Shown here in pieces: positions 20,990 through 30,136 of a DNA stretch of 64,000 nucleotides; within the stretch, counting starts at the first letter, position 1; each line of letters begins with the position of its first letter. Both the position numbers and the translations under genes were made by a program. This DNA is from an uncultured Endomicrobiia bacterium. GTDB lineage: Bacteria; Elusimicrobiota; Endomicrobiia; DTEH01. Location: positions 189 through 64,188 of the forward strand of contig CALDDQ010000015.1 of assembly GCA_937936785.1 (NCBI GenBank), read 5' to 3'. Under the pieces are notes generated by a model, which had not been told where the DNA came from, ran no database searches, and saw only the letters and a list, made by a program, of their open reading frames with translations.

Positions 20990-21799
20990 ATGTATACTAT
21001 AAGAGTAATTCCATGTTTAGATGTAAAATCGGGCAAAGTGGTTAAAGGTATAAAATTTAAAAATTTACGTTATACAGGAGATCCTGTGGAACTTGCCAGA
21101 TGCTACAGTGAATCTGGAGCAGATGAAATTGTGTTTTTAGACATTACTGCAACAATAGAAAAACGTAAGACAATACTTGATGTTGTAACAAGGACAGCGG
21201 AGAATGTTTTTGTTCCGTTGACAGTTGGTGGTGGTGTTAGGATCGTTGACGATATTCGTGCGTTGTTAAATGCTGGTGCGGACAAAGTTGCAATAAACTC
21301 TGCAGCGGTAAGAAATCCTGATATAATTCGCAAAGCAGCAAAACAGTTTGGTTCACAATGTATTGTTGTAGCAATAGATGCAAAAAAACAAATTGTAAAG
21401 TGTAGAAAAAAACAATCGTCAAATATTAATTTTAATTTATTACCTAATTGTAAATGGGAAGTATATATTGATGCAGGACGTATTTCAACGGGTCTGGATG
21501 TTATATCCTGGGCAAAAAAAGTAGAAAAACTTGGTGCAGGAGAAATTTTGTTAACCAGCATTGATGCAGATGGAACAAAAGAAGGTTATGACATAGAACT
21601 TACAAAAGCAGTTGTCAATGCAGTATCGATTCCAGTTATAGCAAGTGGTGGAGCAGGAAAAATTCAGCATATGGTTGATGTTGTAAAAAACACAGGTGTA
21701 TCTGCAGTATTAGCTGCATCAATATTTCACTATTCAGAATTTGCTATAAAAAATGTGAAGTGGGGGTTGAAATCTTACAATATCCCAGTTCGGATATAG
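20990..21799 (+). CDS. hisF: Imidazole glycerol phosphate synthase cyclase subunit
   Basis: [46 protein letters not shown]. Confidence 0.96.
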   Translation: MYTIRVIPCLDVKSGKVVKGIKFKNLRYTGDPVELARCYSESGADEIVFLDITATIEKRKTILDVVTRTAENVFVPLTVGGGVRIVDDIRALLNAGADKVAINSAAVRNPDIIRKAAKQFGSQCIVVAIDAKKQIVKCRKKQSSNINFNLLPNCKWEVYIDAGRISTGLDVISWAKKVEKLGAGEILLTSIDADGTKEGYDIELTKAVVNAVSIPVIASGGAGKIQHMVDVVKNTGVSAVLAASIFHYSEFAIKNVKWGLKSYNIPVRI

Positions 21800-21873
21800 T
21801 AATAAAATACACTTAAAAATCAAAGTAAAAACTAATGGTTTTTCTGTTAAACAAAATTATTTTTAATTTTTAC

Positions 21874-21902
21874 TTGACACATTGCATTTTAATGTGTATA
21901 AT
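21874..21902 (+). promoter_or_regulatory. Consensus sigma70 promoter for the hinT-rpsU-dnaG-rpoD operon
   Basis: Perfect TTGACA-17bp-TATAAT. Confidence 0.85.
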
Positions 21903-22056
21903 ATTAGGACAATATTTTATTGTTTATAACAAACGAGTATTTTGGGAATAATTATGCTATGTAGGCTGGCTATTCAACAAGTTTTATGTAGCAAGAAAAA
22001 TTTTACTAAATCTTCCCAAATAAAAATTTAAAGAAAATTTTTGTAAGTGACTTATT

Positions 22057-22401
22057 ATGAAAGAATGTATTTTTTGTAAGATAGCAAATGGTTATTTAAA
22101 GACAGATTTTATTTTTGAGGATGAAAATTTCGTTGTGTTTAAAGATTTAAATCCACAAGCACCGGTACATTTATTACTAGTTCCAAAACAACATATTGTA
22201 TCAATTAATGATGTTGATGATGAAAACAAGAAATTTTTAGCAAACTCGTTTGTAACAATAAAACATGTATCGCAAAAGTTAGGTTTTGATAAGACAGGTT
22301 ATAGAACGGTGATTAATACAGGGAAAGATTCTGGTCAAGAAGTGCAGCATATACATTTTCACATTTTAGCAGGGCGTAAATTAGGTTGGCCACCAGGATG
22401 A
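22057..22401 (+). CDS. hinT: Histidine triad nucleotide-binding protein
   Basis: CIFCKI, DLNPQAPVH, GQEVQHIHFHILAGR.LGWPPG. Confidence 0.93.
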   Translation: MKECIFCKIANGYLKTDFIFEDENFVVFKDLNPQAPVHLLLVPKQHIVSINDVDDENKKFLANSFVTIKHVSQKLGFDKTGYRTVINTGKDSGQEVQHIHFHILAGRKLGWPPG

Positions 22402-22455
22402 TTTTAAAAACCTATAATTTAAGTTTGAAATAATGATAAAGGGGGGTGAGATGAA

Positions 22456-22716
22456 ATGGTAGAAGTGAGGGTTCGTGAAGGCGAAAATTTAGAAGATGCA
22501 TTAAAACGGTTTAAGCGAGAAGTTGAAAGAGAAGGAATTTTGCGTGATGCAAGAGAAAAAATGTATCATAAACCAGATAGTGTATTAAGAAAAGAGAAAA
22601 ACGCGTATATCAAGCGTAGGTTAGAACTTAGAAAAAAAAGACGTGACAACAAAGGTGCAGTTCCACAGAGGACATTTAAGACAGGAAGAAGTTTTGGAGC
22701 AAACAAATCATATTAA
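22456..22716 (+). CDS. rpsU: 30S ribosomal protein bS21 with C-terminal extension
   Basis: VRVREGENLEDALKRFKR...GIL; upstream of dnaG-rpoD; strong SD AAAGGGGGGTGA. Confidence 0.9.
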   Translation: MVEVRVREGENLEDALKRFKREVEREGILRDAREKMYHKPDSVLRKEKNAYIKRRLELRKKRRDNKGAVPQRTFKTGRSFGANKSY

Positions 22717-22823
22717 GGAATTGTTTAGCAAGAATAAAAAATTTGTTGATAAACTTCTTTTGTTGATGGGAGAAAATGATGAAACAAGGACGAAAAAGTA
22801 TGGTTCCAATGAAGAATTCTTCA

Positions 22824-23783
22824 ATGAAACTAATAGATTTTTACAATTTTATAATAGATTTTGGTATAAAGAATGATCTCCGGGGTGAGAAAGAAGTTCG
22901 TGAATTATTAAAAAAGGAAAAAGAAAAGTTTGATAAACTTTCAGATAAAGAAAAAAAATATTTTGATCAAGAGAAATTTTCAAATCCATACAAAGACACA
23001 CGTATTTTGTTTGGTGACCCAGATATATATGTGCAGAATATTCTTGTTGGCATAGATATGGAAGTTTCAGAAATATTACTTGCTAACACATTAAATTCTT
23101 TAGGCAAAAAAGTTGATTTAGTTTTGGCACATCATCCGGAAGGCAAATCGTATGTAAACTTTTATGAGGTAATGAACTTACAATCAGATGTTTTGAACAA
23201 GTTTGGCGTTCCGATAAACATAGCAGAAAATATTACCGAACCGAGAATCAAAGAAGTTTCACGTCGTGTTATGCCGTTAAATCACAACCGAGCAGTTGAT
23301 ACAGCAAAATTGTTAAATATACCATTTATGAATTGTCATACTCCATCAGACAATTGTGTAGCAAATTATTTACAAAAAATGTTTGATAACAAAAAACCAA
23401 AATTTTTAAGTGAAATTATAGACTTGTTATTAGAAATTCCAGAATACGATTATGCAGCAAGATTTGGTAATGGTCCAACTATACTTATAGGCCATCCAGG
23501 ACGAAAATCAGGTAAAATTTTTGTTGATATGACTGGTGGGACTGAAGGTTCGGTAGAGATGTTTGAAAAACTTGCCAATGCCGGAGTTGGAACTATTGTG
23601 TGTATGCATTTAAGTGAAGAACATTATAAACAAGCAGAAAAAAGTAAATTAAATGTTATTGTTGCAGGACATATTTCTTCAGATAACTTAGGTTTAAATC
23701 TTGTATTTGATGGTGTGGAAAAAAAGTTTGGAAATATAAATTTTATTGAAACATCAGGATTTAAAAGATTTAAACATCTCTAA
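22824..23783 (+). CDS. NIF3/NGG1p-interacting-factor-like protein
   Basis: NPYKDTRIL, VGIDME, AHHPEG, HTPSDN, DMTGGTEG, AGHISSDNLG; alternative start at 22776. Confidence 0.8.
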   Translation: MKLIDFYNFIIDFGIKNDLRGEKEVRELLKKEKEKFDKLSDKEKKYFDQEKFSNPYKDTRILFGDPDIYVQNILVGIDMEVSEILLANTLNSLGKKVDLVLAHHPEGKSYVNFYEVMNLQSDVLNKFGVPINIAENITEPRIKEVSRRVMPLNHNRAVDTAKLLNIPFMNCHTPSDNCVANYLQKMFDNKKPKFLSEIIDLLLEIPEYDYAARFGNGPTILIGHPGRKSGKIFVDMTGGTEGSVEMFEKLANAGVGTIVCMHLSEEHYKQAEKSKLNVIVAGHISSDNLGLNLVFDGVEKKFGNINFIETSGFKRFKHL

Positions 23784-23813
23784 ACTACAGATAAAAAAAG
23801 TATTTAAACAAAA

Positions 23814-25610
23814 ATGATAAAACAAGATAGTATTTTAGCATTAAAAGAGAAGTTAGATATTTTAGACATTATAAAAGATTATTTTCCAAATCCAAAACGT
23901 AGTGGACGAAATTATTTTGTTCATTGTCCATTTCATAACGAACGCACTGCCTCGTTCTCAATTTCTCCAGAGAAAAAGATAGTTCATTGTTTTGGTTGTG
24001 GATATAATGGAGACATAATAAAATTTGTTCAGGACATGGAACATGTTACATATTTTGAAGCAGTAGAAAAAATTGCAAAGAAAATAAATTTTGTCTTAGA
24101 ATATTCACATTATGACAAAGAAAAGTATAACGAAAAAAAAATTTTGTTAGAATTATTAGATGAAGTATCTTTTATATATAATGAAATTTTGTTAAAAGAC
24201 AAAATTGCTGCAGGAGCACGTAGATATCTTGCATTACGTGGGATAACACCCGGTACTATAGAAAAGTTTAGATTAGGTTTTGCACCTGATGGTAATTATA
24301 TTACAACAAATTTCAAAAAGTATGATTTGTCCACATTATACAAAGCAGGATTAATAAATTTTCGTCAACCAAATGATGATAAAGAAGAAATTAAAAAATA
24401 TGATCATCCATATGATTATTTTAGAGACAGAATAATTTTTCCAGTGATAAACCTTTCTGGTAATGTAGTAAGTTTTGGAGGCAGAATTTTGCCCGGGAGT
24501 ATTTATTCAGTAAAAGAAAATGTTCCTACTTATTTAAATGGTCCAGAAACTATTGTGTTTAACAAAGGAACAAGTTTATATGGTTTATTTCAAGGGAAAG
24601 ATGAAATTGTCAAAAAGCAAACTGTTAACATTGTAGAAGGATATATGGATACATTAATGTTGCACCAGGAAGGGTTTTGTAATACAGTTGCACCGTTAGG
24701 CACATCTTTAACTGAAGCCCAAGTACGAGTTTTAAAACGGTTCACTGAAAATATTTGTATAATATTTGATCCGGACCAAAGTGGACGTAGTGCAACAATT
24801 TCTGCTGCACAAACAGTGTTTAAGTGTGATTTATTTCCGCAAACGGTGTTGTTACCTGACAACACCGATCCTGACGAATATATATTACAACATGGAAGAC
24901 AAAAGTTTTATAATTTAGTTTCAACACCGTATTCTATAGTAAAGTTTATAGTAGACCATTACTTAAAACTTTTAGATAAAGATAGTGTAAAAAATTTAGA
25001 TACAAAAGAACGTATTAATTTGTTAAAAAAAGTTATAGAAACTTTAAATACAATAACAAATCCAGTTGTAAAGTCCGATGTAATAAAAGAAACAGCAGAG
25101 AGATTATCTGTTAATGAAGAACTTTTAAGGTCTGAAATAAAAAAATATTTTAATAAAAATTTAGCCTGCGAAGAATCATTTGAACAAACTCAAAGGCCGT
25201 ATAGTTGTGAAGAAGAACTTTTATATTTGTGTCTTCACAATCCGCAACTTATGAACGAAATTCCGGATGAAATTTTTGACCATAATCAAGAGTTTATGGA
25301 CACATTTAAAAAAATTAAAGAAACATATTTTCGCACAAACGATATTTCACAAGTTATAGATGAGTTACAATCTCCAATGAAAGAAACTGTAATAAGAATG
25401 ATTTTTGATACAAAAGAAATTTATGGTTCTTTAGAACAGAAAGTTGCTCGTTTGTTTGAAGATATTTCAAAAGCGAAACATATTAAAAGATACAAAGAAT
25501 TAAAACCTATTATTACAAAAATGTTAGAAGGTAGTTGTCTTGTTGACCAACAGAAGTTAAACGAATTTAAACAATTGGTAGAAATACTGAAAAAACGGTA
25601 TGTGTATTAA
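23814..25610 (+). CDS. dnaG: DNA primase
   Basis: CPFH..CFGC zinc finger, FRDRIIFP, FGGR, VEGYMD, DPD TOPRIM motifs. Confidence 0.96.
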   Translation: MIKQDSILALKEKLDILDIIKDYFPNPKRSGRNYFVHCPFHNERTASFSISPEKKIVHCFGCGYNGDIIKFVQDMEHVTYFEAVEKIAKKINFVLEYSHYDKEKYNEKKILLELLDEVSFIYNEILLKDKIAAGARRYLALRGITPGTIEKFRLGFAPDGNYITTNFKKYDLSTLYKAGLINFRQPNDDKEEIKKYDHPYDYFRDRIIFPVINLSGNVVSFGGRILPGSIYSVKENVPTYLNGPETIVFNKGTSLYGLFQGKDEIVKKQTVNIVEGYMDTLMLHQEGFCNTVAPLGTSLTEAQVRVLKRFTENICIIFDPDQSGRSATISAAQTVFKCDLFPQTVLLPDNTDPDEYILQHGRQKFYNLVSTPYSIVKFIVDHYLKLLDKDSVKNLDTKERINLLKKVIETLNTITNPVVKSDVIKETAERLSVNEELLRSEIKKYFNKNLACEESFEQTQRPYSCEEELLYLCLHNPQLMNEIPDEIFDHNQEFMDTFKKIKETYFRTNDISQVIDELQSPMKETVIRMIFDTKEIYGSLEQKVARLFEDISKAKHIKRYKELKPIITKMLEGSCLVDQQKLNEFKQLVEILKKRYVY

Positions 25611-25645
25611 TTTTTTAGGTAATATAGGGAGAACTTTTGTGTAAA

Positions 25646-27352
25646 ATGAATAAAGATACAATTATAAAACAATTATTATCTCAAGCTAAGAAGTATGGAT
25701 ATATAACTTTTGATGAAATAAACAAAACTTTTGAAGATAAAGATATCTCTGCAGAAGAAAAAGGTGATTTTATAGAATCGTTGACAGAGAGCGGAGTAAA
25801 AATCATTGAGGTTGAGAAAAAGAAAGGTTTTGTTCATGTTAGTTCAGAATCTTCGGAAGATTTGGTTCAAGAGGAACCGTTACGTGTTTTTCTTGATGAA
25901 GTTAGTAGAATAAATTCTATGGATAGACAAACTGAGATTGAAGTTGCAAAAAGTATTCGTATGAACGAACGTAAATTGTTGTCTATAGTATTAAGTTCAC
26001 CAATAGCATTACGCGATCTTAACAACTGGGTATTTTTATTAAAAAACGATGAAATGACTGTTAAAGAACTTATGAAACGTGGTAGAAAATCCAAACGGTC
26101 TATGATAAAAATGAGACGAAAAATTTCTGCTACTGTGAATAGAATTAATAGATTGTCAAAAAAAATTTCAAAGTTAAAACGAGAATTATCTAATCCGAAT
26201 ATTCAATTACGAAAAAAGAAAGAATGCCAGGAAAAAATTACAAAATTTAATTCTAAGATTATAGATTTGATAATGTCATTGGATTTAAATACAGAAAAAG
26301 TTAAACGTTTAGTAAAACGATCACAAAGTATTGCGGAGAAAGCTATTCAGGTAATTGAAGAACAAAAAAAGTATGAGCAAATGTTATCTATGGATTACTA
26401 TAGCGCAAAGAAATTGTTGAAGAAAGTCAAAAAACGCAAAATGTCTCCAACAGCTTTTCGTAAAGTTGTAGGATATTCTGTTAGTGCAGCCGAGACATTG
26501 TTAGAAAATTTTCATAAAGTAATACAAAAGTTAGAACAATATGAGAAAGAGTTAGAAATGAATCCTCAAGAAATTCATGATTTGTATTATACAGTTAATG
26601 AACTTATGCAAGTTATTGAAGAAGATAAAATGAAGTTGATAAAATCAAACTTAAACTTAGTAGTAACTTTTGCAAGAAAATTTTCTATGTTAACAGGGGT
26701 TGATGTTGACGATTTGATTCAGGAAGGAGCGACAGGGTTGTCAAAAGCAGTAGAGAAGTTTGAGTGGCGTAAAGGATATAAATTTTCCACGTATGCTCAC
26801 TGGTGGGTAAGACAAGCGATAAGTCGTTACATGGCAGATTATGTAAAAACCATACGTTTACCTGTACATATAAGAGAATTAGTTTCAAAGATGATAAAAA
26901 TGTATAAAAATTTTAAACATAAACATAATAGAGAAATTACAATAGAAGATTATAGTGACAACTTGAAAATTCAACCAAAAAAAATTATAGATACTATATC
27001 TGTGTTAGCAGATCCGTTGTCTTTTCATACGCCAGTAGGTCAGGATGAGGAAGCTACAATACAAGATTTTGTTTGTGGTCCTGAACAAGAAGTGCCAACA
27101 TTTGCAGTTATGGAAGAGTATAAGAGAGAAGTCATAAACAGTTCTATGGAAGTGTTAGATGATAGGGAACGAGAAATTTTACGGTTAAGATATGGATTTT
27201 TAGATGGTAAAGAATATACATTAGAAGAAGTAGGTAAAATGTTTAGTATAACCAGAGAACGTGTGCGACAAATTGAAGCGAAAGCTATTCGCAGATTACG
27301 TGATCCAGAAATTTTAGCAAAATTAAAAGAGATATATCCAATAAAAGACTAA
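25646..27352 (+). CDS. rpoD: Primary RNA polymerase sigma factor RpoD (divergent)
   Basis: Region 1.1, long non-conserved region, DLIQEG..GL.KAVEKFE, KFSTYAHWWVRQAI, TLEEVG..F.ITRERVRQIE; follows dnaG. Confidence 0.93.
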   Translation: MNKDTIIKQLLSQAKKYGYITFDEINKTFEDKDISAEEKGDFIESLTESGVKIIEVEKKKGFVHVSSESSEDLVQEEPLRVFLDEVSRINSMDRQTEIEVAKSIRMNERKLLSIVLSSPIALRDLNNWVFLLKNDEMTVKELMKRGRKSKRSMIKMRRKISATVNRINRLSKKISKLKRELSNPNIQLRKKKECQEKITKFNSKIIDLIMSLDLNTEKVKRLVKRSQSIAEKAIQVIEEQKKYEQMLSMDYYSAKKLLKKVKKRKMSPTAFRKVVGYSVSAAETLLENFHKVIQKLEQYEKELEMNPQEIHDLYYTVNELMQVIEEDKMKLIKSNLNLVVTFARKFSMLTGVDVDDLIQEGATGLSKAVEKFEWRKGYKFSTYAHWWVRQAISRYMADYVKTIRLPVHIRELVSKMIKMYKNFKHKHNREITIEDYSDNLKIQPKKIIDTISVLADPLSFHTPVGQDEEATIQDFVCGPEQEVPTFAVMEEYKREVINSSMEVLDDREREILRLRYGFLDGKEYTLEEVGKMFSITRERVRQIEAKAIRRLRDPEILAKLKEIYPIKD

Positions 27353-27413
27353 AAAATATAATAAATAAAAACAATTTTATTTTTCATAATGTTGTGTAAA
27401 AAGGAGAAAACAA

Positions 27414-27785
27414 ATGAGAACACGAAGTGGAGTTTATACTCGTAGCAGAAAAAAGAAATTTTTTAAAATTGCAAAAAGATATTACGCAAAACTTGGTACT
27501 TCATGGAGAATGGTAAAACAACAAGTTCCTATTTCGTTAGAATACCAGTATAGAGATAGAAGAGATAAAAAAAATGTGTTCAGGTCGTTATGGATTTCGA
27601 GGATAAATGCAGCAGTTAATAAACATGGGTTAAAATATAACGAGTTTATTTTTGGATTAAAAAAAGCAAATATTGTTTTAGATAGAAAAGTTTTAGCTTA
27701 TATATCGATTGAAGATCCACAAACTTTTAAAATTATAACTGATCTGGTAAAAAAATCTTTAGGAAAAGAAATCAGTGCTGCATAA
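27414..27785 (+). CDS. rplT: 50S ribosomal protein bL20
   Basis: YQYRDRRDKK..FRSLWISRINAA, LDRKVLA; SD AAGGAG. Confidence 0.95.
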   Translation: MRTRSGVYTRSRKKKFFKIAKRYYAKLGTSWRMVKQQVPISLEYQYRDRRDKKNVFRSLWISRINAAVNKHGLKYNEFIFGLKKANIVLDRKVLAYISIEDPQTFKIITDLVKKSLGKEISAA

Positions 27786-27815
27786 ATAATGTAAAGTAAT
27801 ATATACTACTATTCT

Positions 27816-29126
27816 ATGAAATTTTCTCCATCAAAAGTTATAATACTGTTTTTTATTGTCATAATTTTCTTAGGAACGATACTTTTAATGTTGCCATTTT
27901 CTACCACTGAACCAACAAAATTTTTAGATAAACTTTTTACAGCTACTAGTGCAACTTGTGTAACTGGACTTACAGTTTTTGATATAGGAACAAAATTTAC
28001 AATTTTTGGACAGATGGTAATATTGTTGTGTATTCAAATTGGTGGGTTGGGTTATATGGTATTAGGAACATTGTTAATGATATTTTTTGGCAGAGTAAGT
28101 TTAGGACAAAAAAATGTAGTAAGCGAATCGTTAAACTTGAACAATTTAACCCATTCAAAACAGTTAAACAAAGTTTTATTACAAGTTTTAATTTTTACTT
28201 TTGTGATAGAAATTATAGGTGCTGTTTTGTTTTTTATACGTTTTTATTCAGAAACAAGTAGTATTTCTAAGAGTATATACTATGGAATATTTCATTCCAT
28301 TAGTGCATTTTGTAATGCAGGATTTACATTGTTTTCTACAAATTTTGAACGGTATAGTTCAGATATTATGATAAATTTCATAATTCCAATTTTAACAATA
28401 ACAGGTGGATTAGGATTTGTTGTAGTATTAGATTTAGTAAACAAATTAAGGACAGGACAAAAAATGTTGTTTCATTCCAGGATAGTTTTTTTAATTACAG
28501 GTAGTTTAATTTTTATAGGTATGATATTTATTTTACTATTAGACAATTCTACTTCGTTTTTAAGTTTAAGTGTTAAAGAAAGAGTTTTGATAAGCTGGTT
28601 TCAATCTGTAACTTCCAGAACGTCCGGATTTAATACGTTTTCAATTAACAACTTTTCAGGACTTAGTGTTTTGGTAATAACATTTTTGATGTTCATTGGC
28701 GCATCACCTGGTGGTACTGGCGGTGGAATAAAAACTACAACATTTTTTGTTGTTTCATATTTTATATATACATTTTCTCATGGAGAAAAAGATTTGTCAA
28801 TATTCAAAAGACGGATTAGTATAGATATTGTTATAAAAAGTTTTGTAATATTTGTTTCTTCGTTATTTTTTGTGTTGATAATGTCAATGATATTATTTTA
28901 TGTGAGCAATTTTAGTTTTATGGAATGTTTTTTTGAAACAGTATCAGCATTTGGTACAGTAGGATTATCTTTAGGCATTACACCAAATCTTGATAATCTA
29001 AGCAAAATATTGTTAATTATTACAATGTTTTTAGGTAGGGTAGGAAGTTTAACTTTGCTTACAGCTTTGTTATTAGGAGAACCTAAGGATGTAAAATATT
29101 TGCAGGAAGACATTGCAATAGGATAA
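27816..29126 (+). CDS. TrkH/KtrB potassium uptake membrane subunit
   Basis: FTATSATCVTGL, FHSISAFCNAGF, GASPGGTGGGIKTTT, SAFGTVGLS. Confidence 0.93.
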   Translation: MKFSPSKVIILFFIVIIFLGTILLMLPFSTTEPTKFLDKLFTATSATCVTGLTVFDIGTKFTIFGQMVILLCIQIGGLGYMVLGTLLMIFFGRVSLGQKNVVSESLNLNNLTHSKQLNKVLLQVLIFTFVIEIIGAVLFFIRFYSETSSISKSIYYGIFHSISAFCNAGFTLFSTNFERYSSDIMINFIIPILTITGGLGFVVVLDLVNKLRTGQKMLFHSRIVFLITGSLIFIGMIFILLLDNSTSFLSLSVKERVLISWFQSVTSRTSGFNTFSINNFSGLSVLVITFLMFIGASPGGTGGGIKTTTFFVVSYFIYTFSHGEKDLSIFKRRISIDIVIKSFVIFVSSLFFVLIMSMILFYVSNFSFMECFFETVSAFGTVGLSLGITPNLDNLSKILLIITMFLGRVGSLTLLTALLLGEPKDVKYLQEDIAIG

Positions 29127-29130
29127 AAAC

Positions 29131-29844
29131 ATGGAGCTAAAGAAACCAAAACATTTTGCAGTGATAGGATTAGGTGTGTTTGGTGCTAATGTGGTAAAAT
29201 TTTTGCATGAACTTGAAGTAGAGATTCTGGGTATTGACAAAAACGAGCGCAAGGTTGACGAAGTAAAACAATATTTAAAACTTCCTGTAGTTGCTGATGC
29301 GACAGATCAAAAACAGTTACAAGATGCTGGTTTTAACAAAGATAATATTGATGTTGCAATAGTTGCTATTGGAGAAAGTGTTGAGACAAGTATTTATGTT
29401 ACTTTGTTATTAAAAGAGATAGGGATAAAACAAATCATTGCTCGTGCAATGAATAACCAACATGCAAAAATTTTAGCGAAAATTGGTGTTGACAAAATAG
29501 TTTATCCTGAATCTAATGCAGCAGAACATTTGGCAAGGTCAATAGTTTCGCCACATATTCTTGAAATGATAGAATTATCTTCAGAATACAGTATAGCAGA
29601 GATAGTTGCAGCAAAAGAATTTTATAAAAAAACTTTAAAAGATATTGCTATAGGTTCAAGATATAAAGTTATTGTAATTGGCATAAAACGTAAAACACCA
29701 ATTTTAGTTGAAGAAACTGGAGATACAGATTTAAAAGAAGAGATTTTGCTTATTCCTGGGTCAGAAGAAAAAATTATTGATGGAGATGTTTTTATTGTTG
29801 CAGGTCGTAATGAAGATATAGAAAAAATGAGGAATGCTAAATGA
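29131..29844 (+). CDS. TrkA/KtrA RCK regulatory subunit
   Basis: FAVIGLGVFG, ADAT, VYPE; follows trkH. Confidence 0.9.
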   Translation: MELKKPKHFAVIGLGVFGANVVKFLHELEVEILGIDKNERKVDEVKQYLKLPVVADATDQKQLQDAGFNKDNIDVAIVAIGESVETSIYVTLLLKEIGIKQIIARAMNNQHAKILAKIGVDKIVYPESNAAEHLARSIVSPHILEMIELSSEYSIAEIVAAKEFYKKTLKDIAIGSRYKVIVIGIKRKTPILVEETGDTDLKEEILLIPGSEEKIIDGDVFIVAGRNEDIEKMRNAK

Positions 29845-30104
29845 AAAAAAACAAAAGTGGTGAAGATCCGTTAGAACCTGGAAAATTTTATATTTTAAAC
29901 AACCAATATTCTGAAGCAGAAAAATTTTTTAAAAACTATTTGGAGACAGATCCAGGAAATCCTGAAGTATACTATCATCTTGGACTTATTTATGAAACAA
30001 AACATGAAATAAGTCTTGCAATAGATATGTATGAAAAAGTTTTATCAATACAACCAAATCATGTTCTTGCAAAAAAACATTTAGACAAACTTGTAGGATT
30101 ATAA
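29841..30104 (+). CDS. Small TPR protein
   Basis: Y..A..F...L..DP.N..VYYHLG.IY...A...YEKVL...P TPR pattern. Confidence 0.75.
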   Translation: MKKNKSGEDPLEPGKFYILNNQYSEAEKFFKNYLETDPGNPEVYYHLGLIYETKHEISLAIDMYEKVLSIQPNHVLAKKHLDKLVGL

Positions 30105-30136
30105 TTTTAATAATCAAGGGAAAAAATAAAACTTCA

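Noticed and set aside
22643-22876. 77-aa ORF overlapping rpsU and the NIF3 gene
   Set aside because: Overlaps two supported CDSs; no YqeY or other family motif
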